From: Candidatus Parcubacteria bacterium
Lineage (GTDB): Bacteria; Patescibacteriota; Minisyncoccia; JAHIHE01; JAGLIN01
Assembly (NCBI GenBank): GCA_023132875.1
Contig: JAGLXN010000007.1
Location: 1,262 to 65,261, forward strand
DNA: 64,000 nt
Direction: 5' to 3'
Part shown: positions 21,313 to 30,401 of the stretch, in pieces
How the letters are laid out: the number at the start of each line of letters is the position of its first letter
How positions within the stretch are numbered: the first letter of the stretch is position 1
Translations under genes and position numbers: made by a program
Notes under the pieces: generated by a model
Database searches by the model: none
What the model was told of the DNA's origin: nothing
Seen by the model: only the letters and a program-made list of their open reading frames with translations

Positions 21313-21522
21313 TTACTTTCTCTTTCTAGCTGGTTTTCTTTTAGCAACTTTTCTTTTGGCTGGTTTTCTTTTAGCAACTTTTCTTTTGGCTGGTTTTCTT
21401 TTAGCAGTTTTTTTGACGACTCTTTTCTTAGCTGGTTTTTTTGCAACTTTTCTTTTAACAACTTTCCTTTTTGCGGGTTTTTTAGCAACTTTTCTTTTGG
21501 CTGGTTTTCTTTTTGTAACCAC
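21313..21522 (-). CDS. lysine/alanine-rich histone H1-like basic repeat protein
   Basis: GTG start 7 nt after a strong SD (AGAGGAGGTGGAG). Tandem PAKRKVAKK repeats are encoded by 27-bp DNA repeats. The overlapping plus-strand ORF 21182..21553 is the repeat shadow. Confidence 0.65.
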   Translation of the reverse strand: MVTKRKPAKRKVAKKPAKRKVVKRKVAKKPAKKRVVKKTAKRKPAKRKVAKRKPAKRKVAKRKPARKRK

Positions 21523-21779
21523 GAAACTCCACCTCCTCTCTATATTAAGTTAGCACAAATTAAATTCCAATAATAAAAATAATGCGTTATATTTTTATCA
21601 AATGTGTTAAAAGTTCATTCAAAGATTTAATTTTTATTTTATACCTTAAAAAAATTTTAAACCTTTTCTACTTTAATTATATATTAAAAAAAATAATTTA
21701 CAATACCTTGTCAATAGTTAGGTGTCCTACATCTAGAATTTTTTTTCCTAATTTTTTTGTGGAAATTTTAAAAACTTGT

Positions 21780-21824
21780 TGAATATTCATTGTATTAGAA
21801 TTTAGAATAATGAATTTTGAATTT
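21780..21824. repeat. inverted copy of the prmC promoter/5' end
   Basis: 44/45 identity to 20208..20252 in reverse complement. The minus strand then encodes a 32-aa ORF MNIQQVFKISTKKLGKKILDVGHLTIDKVL that resembles the PrmC N-terminus MNIHQSLKISTNKLKLQNIP. Confidence 0.85.
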
Positions 21825-22164
21825 AAATATTCTACTAATCTCATTGCCATGTATAATTGTGAAATTTTAGGTTTTGTAAAACTTAATATGTTCTCAATTT
21901 CTTAGAATAGCATAAAATCAACAAATCAAACTTATATTCCCCATTCATTATTCTTGATTCGTAATTCGTAATTCAATTTTTATCTCCTCTTCCTTGCCAC
22001 CCTAATTTTTGTTAATATTCTTTCAGCAATATCGATTATAATAATAAGCCACTGCTTATTATCTGTTTTTTGCCTAAAGCTTGCTATTATTAGATGCTTA
22101 TGTTAATATCATTAGTAGGATCTTTAACAATTTAATTAAAAAGAAAGGAGGTGACAAATATAAT

Positions 22165-22815
22165 ATGGAAAGCGAAATTGAAATAACAGATACTGATACA
22201 AAAGGATGGTTTGAAAAAATAAAAAACTGGAGTTATGAAAACTGGCAAACTATTTTAGTAGTATTAATTGTACTTATTGTCGGAATTAGCGCCTATAATT
22301 ACAACCAACAAAATAATGATAATTTAAATCCTGCTATTATTGTTGATGACGATAAATCTAGCGAAAATGACAAAGAAAATGAAATTGAAAATAATAATAC
22401 CGAAGAAAGCGACCAAGAAGCTGTAGCGGAAAATAAAGATCAAGAAGAAGCGGCTCAAGAGGATAATAAAACAGAACTTAACAAAAATACAAACAAAGAA
22501 AAAATTGAGAAAGTTTCTTCAAGCTCAGATGATTATGGAAAAACATATACAGTTTCAGCTAATAGCGGAGAAGGAATTACTCATTTATCAAGAAGAGCGT
22601 TGGAAATATACATACAAGAAACTGCAAATGGCTCTGATTTAACTAAAGAACAAAAAATATACGCAGAGGATTATATTCAAAATAGAACTGGAAATGAAAA
22701 AATAAATATTGGGCATCAAGAAACTTTTTCAGAAAGTTTAATAAAAGACGCTATTTCAAACGCTAATAACTTATCAGAAAAGTCACTTAAAAATCTTACA
22801 AAATACATAAAATAA
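22165..22815 (+). CDS. hypothetical membrane protein with acidic low-complexity region
   Basis: Strong SD (AAGGAGGTGAC) 8 nt before ATG 22165, so the start is reassigned from 22081. One TM helix and a D/E/N-rich linker. Confidence 0.5.
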   Translation: MESEIEITDTDTKGWFEKIKNWSYENWQTILVVLIVLIVGISAYNYNQQNNDNLNPAIIVDDDKSSENDKENEIENNNTEESDQEAVAENKDQEEAAQEDNKTELNKNTNKEKIEKVSSSSDDYGKTYTVSANSGEGITHLSRRALEIYIQETANGSDLTKEQKIYAEDYIQNRTGNEKINIGHQETFSESLIKDAISNANNLSEKSLKNLTKYIK

Positions 22816-22844
22816 AAAACGCATTTATTTCAAAAATTATTAAC

Positions 22845-22876
22845 ACATTAAATAAAAAGAGGCTGGAATTATTCCA
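22845..22876 (+). terminator. intrinsic terminator
   Basis: aaaagaggctggaat/attccagcctctttt is a 13-bp perfect stem followed by T-rich sequence, 30 bp after the stop at 22815. Confidence 0.7.
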
Positions 22877-22941
22877 GCCTCTTTTGTTAGCTATAAATAC
22901 AAATAAACTCGCTTATATGATGGTAATATTCTAAATTTTTC

Positions 22942-22967
22942 TGTCATTCTGAATTTATTTCAGAATC
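22942..22967. repeat. short hairpin repeat tgtcattctgaatttatttcagaatc
   Basis: Second copy at 19133..19157. Shares its terminus with the MITE-like family. Confidence 0.8.
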
Positions 22968-22990
22968 TATTGGCTAAAGTCTCTTGACCA

Positions 22991-23017
22991 TAGAAACGCA
23001 GCAGTGCTGCGTTTCTA
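22991..23017. repeat. palindromic repeat GAAACGCAGCA(A/G)TGCTGCGTTTC
   Basis: Near-identical copies at 2459..2484 and 11346..11372. Confidence 0.9.
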
Positions 23018-23055
23018 CAACACATGATTTCAGAAGATTTTCTTAATTCACAACA

Positions 23056-23082
23056 GGCTCCACACAGGAGCATGGAGCCAAC
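23056..23082. repeat. GGCTCC-stem hairpin repeat
   Basis: ggctccacacaggagcatggagccaac matches the 19011..19037 copy. Confidence 0.8.
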
Positions 23083-23101
23083 AGGTAACGCGCTATTTTC
23101 T

Positions 23102-24523
23102 TTATTTATCCAAACTATTCAACTCCTCTTCATATAAATTGGCGTAAAGCATGACTTTATTTGGATAAAAGAATAATCCTTTTGTTCTCCAACTTCTTCC
23201 TCCTAAATATCTGCCAGCTGCCTCATATTCAGAATTATAATCTCCTCCAATAACTCCTGGAATATCTGAAACCTTGACTGCCATAGCAGCCATAGCGTCT
23301 GTCAAATTCCAAGGATTAGGAGGATAGTGTCTTGTAACACTACTTACTCTGCTTTCATACGCAAGCCAAGTTGAAGGTATAAATTGAGCAGGACCCATAG
23401 CGCCGCCACATCCATAAGTAGGCTCTTTTGAAACCCTAACTGACATTGGATCCAAGTTTAATCTATCCACAATTGAAAAAAACGCATTCTTCTCTGTTTC
23501 GGCTCTTTTTATATAATGTGCTTTTCTTAATGGATAAATTTTTGATAATCTCATATAGCATCCATACATATCATCTTCCCAATTACCGCTTCCCGTGTTT
23601 TTCCCAAGATTAGATTCAACTTTCAATATTCCCAACAAATAAGCAGGACGAACTCCTATGGCTGACCCTATAAGTTTTGCTGCTGAAAAAGCATCATCAA
23701 TTTCTATTTTTTGCCCCAAGCTTTGCAAGTCATATAACTGAGCTCTAAGCGATGGAAGAATGTTTTTATTTTCTGCCAATAATTGCTGGAATTGTTTTTC
23801 TTCTCCTTTTGTAATATCTAAAAGTTCATTGTTTTGAATTTTTAATTCAGACAAAGATTCATTTTGATATGCTCTTATTTGAATTAATTGCCCCTTCTCT
23901 TCTTGCTGTTCTGTAAGCTCTTCACTTCTCAAATCAAGCTCTTCTTTCTGATTTTTTAAATTAACTATTGTTTTAAACACCTCATTTTTAACAGATTCCA
24001 TAGCATCAACTTTATTGAAAAAATCAGAGAAACTATCTTCCGTCATAAGTATTTCCAAAATAGAATTTTGTTCATAAACATATAATAATTTAAAGAGATC
24101 TTTTAAATTCTTTCTATATGCTTCCTTTTTTATTTCTCCTTCTTCTATTTTTTCCTTAATTTCATCCATTTCCATATCAGATTCTTCAATAGCCAGCCGT
24201 GTCTCTTTTACTTCTAATTCATTTTTATATATCTTATTATTGTATATTGAAATTTCTCTTTTAAAAGTTCTTGCTTTTTGTTGAACTTCTTTAAGCTCCG
24301 TATTAACTTTTTTTATTTCTTCTTCCACTTTTTTTATTTCTTCTTTCAACTCTTCTTTTTTATTATTAACTTCTTCTACATTTATTTCTTCCCTTTCCTC
24401 TTCTACAGATTTAACTATTTCTACTAAAAATACAAAAGATAATAAAAACAAAATAAACAAACCACATAACAAAATTGTTTTGTGGCTGTTTATAATAAAA
24501 CTATTTTTATGTGTTGAATTCAT
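23102..24523 (-). CDS. membrane-anchored coiled-coil protein with C-terminal MltB-like lytic transglycosylase domain
   Basis: N-terminal TM helix, ~250 aa of E/K-rich coiled coil, and a C-terminal GAMGPAQFIPSTW motif as in family-3 lytic transglycosylases (MltB/Slt35). Confidence 0.55.
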   Translation of the reverse strand: MNSTHKNSFIINSHKTILLCGLFILFLLSFVFLVEIVKSVEEEREEINVEEVNNKKEELKEEIKKVEEEIKKVNTELKEVQQKARTFKREISIYNNKIYKNELEVKETRLAIEESDMEMDEIKEKIEEGEIKKEAYRKNLKDLFKLLYVYEQNSILEILMTEDSFSDFFNKVDAMESVKNEVFKTIVNLKNQKEELDLRSEELTEQQEEKGQLIQIRAYQNESLSELKIQNNELLDITKGEEKQFQQLLAENKNILPSLRAQLYDLQSLGQKIEIDDAFSAAKLIGSAIGVRPAYLLGILKVESNLGKNTGSGNWEDDMYGCYMRLSKIYPLRKAHYIKRAETEKNAFFSIVDRLNLDPMSVRVSKEPTYGCGGAMGPAQFIPSTWLAYESRVSSVTRHYPPNPWNLTDAMAAMAVKVSDIPGVIGGDYNSEYEAAGRYLGGRSWRTKGLFFYPNKVMLYANLYEEELNSLDK

Positions 24524-24541
24524 AAAACTTGCAAAAGTTTT

Positions 24542-24701
24542 TAGGGCGCGAGTAAAAATAACATTTTCAAGTTCGCTCAGATTTGTGCCAGATTGGTTTG
24601 AAAAAATTGAAGTATATTGATATATATTGAGAGTTCTTTCAAACTAAGATGGCGTGAAGCTGAGATGAAATTGTGGAGGTTACTTTTACTCGCGCCCTTA
24701 T
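24542..24701. repeat. 160-bp element bounded by 21-bp terminal inverted repeats
   Basis: tagggcgcgagtaaaaataac ... gttacttttactcgcgcccta with 20/21 complementary. The element is GC-richer than its surroundings. Confidence 0.7.
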
Positions 24702-24719
24702 ATAGATAATTTTATTTTT

Positions 24720-25448
24720 TTATTTTTTTTCTTCTTCCTTTCCGCTTTTTCCGGATTCACCTTTTTTCTCTTCTTTTCCATCTTTGCTTTCCTTGTCTTT
24801 TTCGCTTTCTTCCTCCTTTTCTTCAGCGCCTTCAATTCCTTCAATATTTTCTTCAACTTTCTCTTCAAGATCTTCTAATTCTTTTTCAGTTCTTGGAGCA
24901 GCAACGGTTACAACAACAACTCCTGGGGCTGAGATAATTTCAATTTCATTAGAAATTTTTAAATCCTTAACTCTGATAATATCATCTATATTATTAAGCT
25001 TAGAAAGATCAACTTCTATATCATGAATAAGATCTCCAGGCAGACACTTGATTTCAAAAATATCATGGCTCTTAATTAAAACACCGCCTTCATTTTTAAC
25101 AGCAGGAGATTCTCCTATAAACTTAATAGGAACCTTGGCAACTATTTTTTTGTCCATTCTAACTTGATATAGATCAAAATGGATAACCTTATCAGTAACA
25201 GGATCTGTCTGATAATCATTTATAACGACCTTTCCTATATCCTTGCCGTCAATACTAAGATCTATCAAAGTGCTTTCACCCGCCTTGCTAAACACTTTCT
25301 TAAAATCCGCTTCATTAATTTTTATACATTTATTTTCCTTTTTATTTCCATAAACAATTCCGGGAACATTTCCTTGTCTTCTAAGTTTATTTGCTTTTTT
25401 TTCTTTTAGCTCTCTTACTTGAGCAGAAATTGCTAGTGTTTCCATATC
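24720..25448 (-). CDS. rplY: 50S ribosomal protein L25 / general stress protein Ctc
   Basis: METLAISAQVRE..KLRRQGNVPGIVYG N-terminus is typical of L25/Ctc, with a C-terminal acidic/K-rich tail. Start placed at the internal ATG (M17 of the ORF-track ORF). Confidence 0.8.
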   Translation of the reverse strand, partial: DMETLAISAQVRELKEKKANKLRRQGNVPGIVYGNKKENKCIKINEADFKKVFSKAGESTLIDLSIDGKDIGKVVINDYQTDPVTDKVIHFDLYQVRMDKKIVAKVPIKFIGESPAVKNEGGVLIKSHDIFEIKCLPGDLIHDIEVDLSKLNNIDDIIRVKDLKISNEIEIISAPGVVVVTVAAPRTEKELEDLEEKVEENIEGIEGAEEKEEESEKDKESKDGKEEKKGESGKSGKEEEKK

Positions 25449-25474
25449 TTTATAAATTATAAAATTTAAACTTC

Positions 25475-25560
25475 GTTTATTTAGTGTAAACATTAGTTTT
25501 TTTGGTGTTTTCTGTAGAAGACACTAATAAAACTAATATTTACACTAAGAAAACTAAAAC
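25475..25560. repeat. nested inverted-repeat element (tagtgta..attagtt / aactaatatt..cacta family)
   Basis: ttagtgtaaacattagttttt..gacactaataaaactaatatttacactaa. Related copies at 22..155, 37471..37560 and 63811..63950. Confidence 0.8.
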
Positions 25561-25563
25561 TGA

Positions 25564-25863
25564 TCATTTATTCTCCAAAAATTTATGCATTTCTAAAACA
25601 TCATCGTATTCAACGCAACTTTTCTCTATTTTATCAAGATCATCTTCCATAAAATCAGATATCATACTGATAGAAGTTATTCCCATAGCGCCTGCCATAA
25701 TTACCATCATCATGGAACCTTTGCATTTTTGACAATTTAGATAAAGAGTTATAACCCCGTCTTTACTGTCAATTACTTTTATGTTGTTTTTATCATACTT
25801 AAAATCGCACATCGGACATTTTGTTACTATCTGCATACTCGAAATTGGATTAAATTTTGACAT
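25564..25863 (-). CDS. small zinc-ribbon protein (hypothetical)
   Basis: CPMCD..x19..CQKCKG 4-Cys ribbon followed by a hydrophobic segment. Confidence 0.45.
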   Translation of the reverse strand: MSKFNPISSMQIVTKCPMCDFKYDKNNIKVIDSKDGVITLYLNCQKCKGSMMMVIMAGAMGITSISMISDFMEDDLDKIEKSCVEYDDVLEMHKFLENK

Positions 25864-26254
25864 ATTTTTGTTTTGTTTTAAGTTATTTTAAGCTTAAATT
25901 TAATAATTTAAACTACTACACAATATAACTTATGTTAATATATAATAGCTATTATGTCAAGATAAAGACATTTTAACATATGAACATACTAACATTTTAA
26001 CAAGAATTTTTATTTAGTTTTTTGAAATATGATAATTTAAATTATGTTAAAATGTTTAAATGTTACTATGTTAAAATGATTTTGGTATTGACGAAAAATC
26101 AATTTAAATATATAATTAAAAAATCGTTTCTAGTCACGGAAGACTAGGTTTTGCAAAAACCTAAGTAAGAGGAGAAAAACTAAAAACTACAATAAAGTCT
26201 TCTGCTGATTGAACTAAAACAACTAAAACAAAAATAAAAAAACAAAACCGGGAT

Positions 26255-26300
26255 AAACCCGTGTTTTTGTTTGGCTAATATTATTATTTCATTACTAAGG
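26255..26300 (-). terminator. intrinsic terminator of the Mur ligase gene
   Basis: Minus strand reads acacgggtttatcccggtttt followed by gtttttttatttttg. Confidence 0.5.
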
Positions 26301-26312
26301 TTTTGTATAATA

Positions 26313-27608
26313 CTACATTGTCTTTTTTCTTAGCACTTCCCTTGCTATTTCCCTATCATCCCACGGAATTTTATCTTCGCCACAAATCATAAATTGCTCC
26401 GCGCCTTTGCCGGTTATCATAACCAAATCATCTCTTTTGGCCATATTTATGGCTTTTTCTATAGCCTCTTTTCTGTCTGATATTCTAAATAAATTTTTAT
26501 TTAATTCTTTATTTTTAATTCCAGACATAACTTGATCCATAATATCTTCTGGATCTTCACTATAAGGATCTTCATTAGTCACAATTACAATATCAGCAAA
26601 CTCATCAGCAATAGCGCCTGCTTTTGATCTATAGGTTTTGTCCCTATCTCCTGTTCCGCCTAAAACTGCAATTATTTTGTTTTTTACACATGGCTTAATT
26701 ACTTTATAAACTTTCTTCAAAGAATCCGGCGAATGAGCGTAATCAACCATAACTTTAAAGTTTTGTCCTTCATCAATTTTTTCCAGCCTACCGGGAATAT
26801 TTTCTATGGATTCCAATGCCTTTTTAATCGCAATCGGTTTTATATTCTCTGCTAAGCCAACTGACGCTGCCGCTAAAGAATTATAAATATTAAACTCGCC
26901 GATAAGCGATGATCTTACAGCCATCTGCCCTTTATTAGTTTTAATATTAAATTCTGTTTCTTTTTCTCTTAAAACCATATCCGTTGCTATGACCAATTTT
27001 ATATTATTTATTTCTTTATATCCTTTTAAGCTAAAAGCATATTTTTCCACTTCTTCAAACTCTAGAAAACTTTTCAAATCTTCATCATCGTAATTAATAA
27101 TAAGATTTTCCAAGTTTTTCGTAAGCAAAGCATTATGAGAATTTTTATAGTTTTTATAGGTCTTATGATAATCAAGATGATCGCTCATCATATTCGTTAA
27201 AACAACGGTTTTATATGGAACCCCCAAGTGCCTATATTGGACAAGCCCGTGAGAAGAAATTTCAACAATTATGAAATCACATTTTTCTTTCACCGCTTTT
27301 GCTAAAAACTTTTGAAAGTAAAATGGCGACGTTGTGGTAAGTTTCACATCATTAAGCCATTTTTTCTCACCTATTTGAAAATTAGCGGTAGAAAGCATCG
27401 CGACTTTATGCCCGCCTTCTTCCAAAATTTTCGCGATCATATTAACGGTTGTCGTTTTACCCTTAGTTCCAGCAACTCCAATAGCTCTTATCTTCTTTCC
27501 TGGAAAACCATAAACAAGAGATGCTAAAACCGCTCTAAACTTATGAGTAAGCAAAATAAAATTATAAGGAATAACTTTTCTTAGAATTTGTTTAAATTTG
27601 TATAGCAT
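26313..27608 (-). CDS. Mur ligase family protein (MurE-like, short N-terminus)
   Basis: P-loop GVAGTKGKTTT, DYAHSPDS, and a C-terminal ITGKGAEQFMICGEDKIPWDDREIAR that resembles the MurE C-terminus. Confidence 0.65.
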   Translation of the reverse strand: MLYKFKQILRKVIPYNFILLTHKFRAVLASLVYGFPGKKIRAIGVAGTKGKTTTVNMIAKILEEGGHKVAMLSTANFQIGEKKWLNDVKLTTTSPFYFQKFLAKAVKEKCDFIIVEISSHGLVQYRHLGVPYKTVVLTNMMSDHLDYHKTYKNYKNSHNALLTKNLENLIINYDDEDLKSFLEFEEVEKYAFSLKGYKEINNIKLVIATDMVLREKETEFNIKTNKGQMAVRSSLIGEFNIYNSLAAASVGLAENIKPIAIKKALESIENIPGRLEKIDEGQNFKVMVDYAHSPDSLKKVYKVIKPCVKNKIIAVLGGTGDRDKTYRSKAGAIADEFADIVIVTNEDPYSEDPEDIMDQVMSGIKNKELNKNLFRISDRKEAIEKAINMAKRDDLVMITGKGAEQFMICGEDKIPWDDREIAREVLRKKTM

Positions 27609-27654
27609 GAAGATAATTTTAATAAAATAATATTTAATTTAACAATATAACAAT

Positions 27655-30396
27655 TTATTTATCTACTTTTTTAAGTATAAACAAATATTTTATGCCTTCG
27701 ATCAACACTAGTTCTACCGCGCAAACAAACGCAATTAATGACCAGTCATATAAATCAAGCGATACTGTTTGCAATACTTTCTGCAAAAAAGGATGATAAA
27801 TCGCTGCCAGCTGGAAAGAAAAGCCAAGAAGAACCGCGACAATTAAATACTTGTTTGAGAAAATGTTTTTCGCGAAAATTGAATGCCGTAAAGAACGAAT
27901 GGAAAAAACATAAATTAGAGAATCAATGGCAAGAATTGAGAAAGCAATGGTGCTTGCTCTTTGAAATTCGCCAGTCACATCAAGAACATACCAAAACACT
28001 GCCAAAGATAAAACTCCGCTAACGACACTAATAGCTATGATTAATGTCTTGATTTCAAAATTTAATAAAGGTTCATTCTTTTTGCGAGGAGGTTCTTTCA
28101 TAATATTAGGCTCCTTAGGCTCCAGTGTCAAAGCAACATCCGGAAATCCGTCCGTCACAAGATTTATCCATAAGATCTGAGCGGCGGCCAAAGGAATAGG
28201 AAGTCCGATTATAAGACTTCCGGCAATAACTATAACTTCGCTAAAGCTGTCAGAAACAAGATATAAAATAACTTTTCTTATATTTTCATATATAACTCTC
28301 CCCTGCTCAACGGCAGTTATAATGGTTTTAAAATTATTATCCAAAAGAACAATATCAGCCGTTTCTTTAGCAACTTCAGTCCCGCTGCCAAGCGCGACCC
28401 CTATATCAGCTGATTTCAGCGCGGGAGCGTCATTTACTCCGTCTCCAGTCATCGCCACGACCTCTCCCTTGCTTTGCCATGCGTCAACAATTCTTGATTT
28501 ATGGTGAGGCGAAACTCTGGCATATATTTTTATTTTGCTAACAATGTTATTAAATTCTTTTGTGCTCATCTGATCTAATTTTTCTCCGTCTAAAATATTA
28601 TTATTATCAACTTTCATTCCAAGCTCATTAGCTATAGTTTTTGCGGTAAGACGATTATCTCCCGTTATCATAATAGTTCTTATGCCAGCTTCTTTAGCAA
28701 GCTTTATTGTATCTTTTGCTTCTTTCCTTAAGGGATCTTTAAGAGCGATAAGTCCGACAAATACAAGCTCGTTTATTATTTCATCCTCATTTCCCTCTTT
28801 AAATCTAGCGGATATATCATTTCTAACGCTGCGAAAAGCAACGCTTATAATCCTGAGTCCTTTTCTGCTTAAATCGTTCTGTTTTTTCTTGAGAAGCTTA
28901 ATGTCATCTTCTGTTATTTGTCTCTTTTCTCCTTCAATCAGAACATATTTTGATCTATTTATTATTTCTTCAGGAGCTCCTTTTACATACATTTTATAAT
29001 CATTTGAGCTTTCTTGATTTAGAGTTGCCATTAATTTTCTCTCTGAACTAAATGGTATTTCTTCAATTTTGACAAAATCTTTTTTGATTTTTTCCGGATT
29101 AAATCCCACATTTATTCCTGATTGCAACAAAGCCCTTTCGGTATAATCTCCATGAATTATCCATTTTTCCAATTCATCATTAGGATTTTCAATTACTGCG
29201 TTATTGCATATCATTCCTATTTTTATAGCAACCATATGATCTAATTTATGCTTTTCTTCTTCTATAACTTTAATGCGCTTATTTCCTTCTTTCGCTAAAG
29301 AAAATTCTGAGACCATAGTGATTATATGATCAACCTGCATTTTTCCTTCGGTAAGCGTTCCTGTTTTGTCCGTACAAATCACAGTCGTGCTTCCAAGAGT
29401 TTCTGCTGCGACCAATTTCCTGACCAAAGAGCCTTTTTTTAAAATTCTTTGCATTCCAATTGCTAAAATCACCGTAACGGCAACCAAAAGCCCTTCCGGT
29501 ATAGCGGCAACAGCAATTGCTACGGAAGTAACAAAAATGTCTTTAAGCTCAATTCCTCTAATTAACCCGATGACAGTAATGAAAACAACCATTACAAGTG
29601 TCAGCGTTCCAAACATCCTACTGAATTCAGCTAGTTTGATTTGTAAAGGAGTTTTCTCTTTTTCTGTTTCTTTTAATAGAAGCGCGATCTGTCCGAATTT
29701 TGTGTTAATGCCAGTTGAGCTCACAACCATTATTCCCCTTCCCCGGACCACAGAAGTTCCCATATACGCCATATTTTTTTTACTTTCAGAAATTCCTTTT
29801 TGGTCCAATATTTCAACAAGCTTGCTCACGGGAACAGATTCTCCAGTCAAACTTGATTCATCAATATCAAATTCGTGAATTTCCAAAATTCTTCCATCCG
29901 CGGGAACTCTATCACCAGCCCTTAAAACTACTATATCCCCTAAAACAATATCTGTAGAACTTATTTCTTTCTCAATCCCATTTCTTATAACATACGATTT
30001 ATGATCAATCATCTGTTTTAATTTCTCTAACGCGCGCTCAGCTTTTGTTTCTTGTATAAATCCGACAACAGCGTTAATTGCAACCGCAAAAAGAATAACT
30101 CCCATGTCTACAAGATTATTCCAAACAAAAGAAACAAGAGCCGCTATCAAAAGTATATAGACTAAAGGACTTTTAAATTGACTTATGACTATATCCAACT
30201 GTGTAAATTTCTCTTTTTGGGGAAGCTCATTCTTTCCATATTTTTTCAGCCTTTTTTCAGCCTCCTCTGCCGATAATCCAAATTTTGAAGATTTTAAACT
30301 ATGCAAAACTTCTTTTAAACTTAAACTATACCAATTTTCTTGCTTCATTTTTTTGTTTTTATGTGTATTATAAACTTTTCCCATTAAAAATATCAT
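27655..30396 (-). CDS. cation-transporting P-type ATPase (type IIA/IIB-like)
   Basis: DKTGTLT phosphorylation site, TGES, GDGVNDAPAL and 10 TM segments. Confidence 0.9.
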   Translation of the reverse strand: MIFLMGKVYNTHKNKKMKQENWYSLSLKEVLHSLKSSKFGLSAEEAEKRLKKYGKNELPQKEKFTQLDIVISQFKSPLVYILLIAALVSFVWNNLVDMGVILFAVAINAVVGFIQETKAERALEKLKQMIDHKSYVIRNGIEKEISSTDIVLGDIVVLRAGDRVPADGRILEIHEFDIDESSLTGESVPVSKLVEILDQKGISESKKNMAYMGTSVVRGRGIMVVSSTGINTKFGQIALLLKETEKEKTPLQIKLAEFSRMFGTLTLVMVVFITVIGLIRGIELKDIFVTSVAIAVAAIPEGLLVAVTVILAIGMQRILKKGSLVRKLVAAETLGSTTVICTDKTGTLTEGKMQVDHIITMVSEFSLAKEGNKRIKVIEEEKHKLDHMVAIKIGMICNNAVIENPNDELEKWIIHGDYTERALLQSGINVGFNPEKIKKDFVKIEEIPFSSERKLMATLNQESSNDYKMYVKGAPEEIINRSKYVLIEGEKRQITEDDIKLLKKKQNDLSRKGLRIISVAFRSVRNDISARFKEGNEDEIINELVFVGLIALKDPLRKEAKDTIKLAKEAGIRTIMITGDNRLTAKTIANELGMKVDNNNILDGEKLDQMSTKEFNNIVSKIKIYARVSPHHKSRIVDAWQSKGEVVAMTGDGVNDAPALKSADIGVALGSGTEVAKETADIVLLDNNFKTIITAVEQGRVIYENIRKVILYLVSDSFSEVIVIAGSLIIGLPIPLAAAQILWINLVTDGFPDVALTLEPKEPNIMKEPPRKKNEPLLNFEIKTLIIAISVVSGVLSLAVFWYVLDVTGEFQRASTIAFSILAIDSLIYVFSIRSLRHSIFAKNIFSNKYLIVAVLLGFSFQLAAIYHPFLQKVLQTVSLDLYDWSLIAFVCAVELVLIEGIKYLFILKKVDK

Positions 30397-30401
30397 AGCG
30401 C

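Noticed and set aside
21182-21553. 123-aa plus-strand ORF with FLAGFLLAT repeats
   Set aside because: It is the shadow frame of the 27-bp repeats. The minus-strand K/A-rich frame has a strong SD, so it is the preferred reading.
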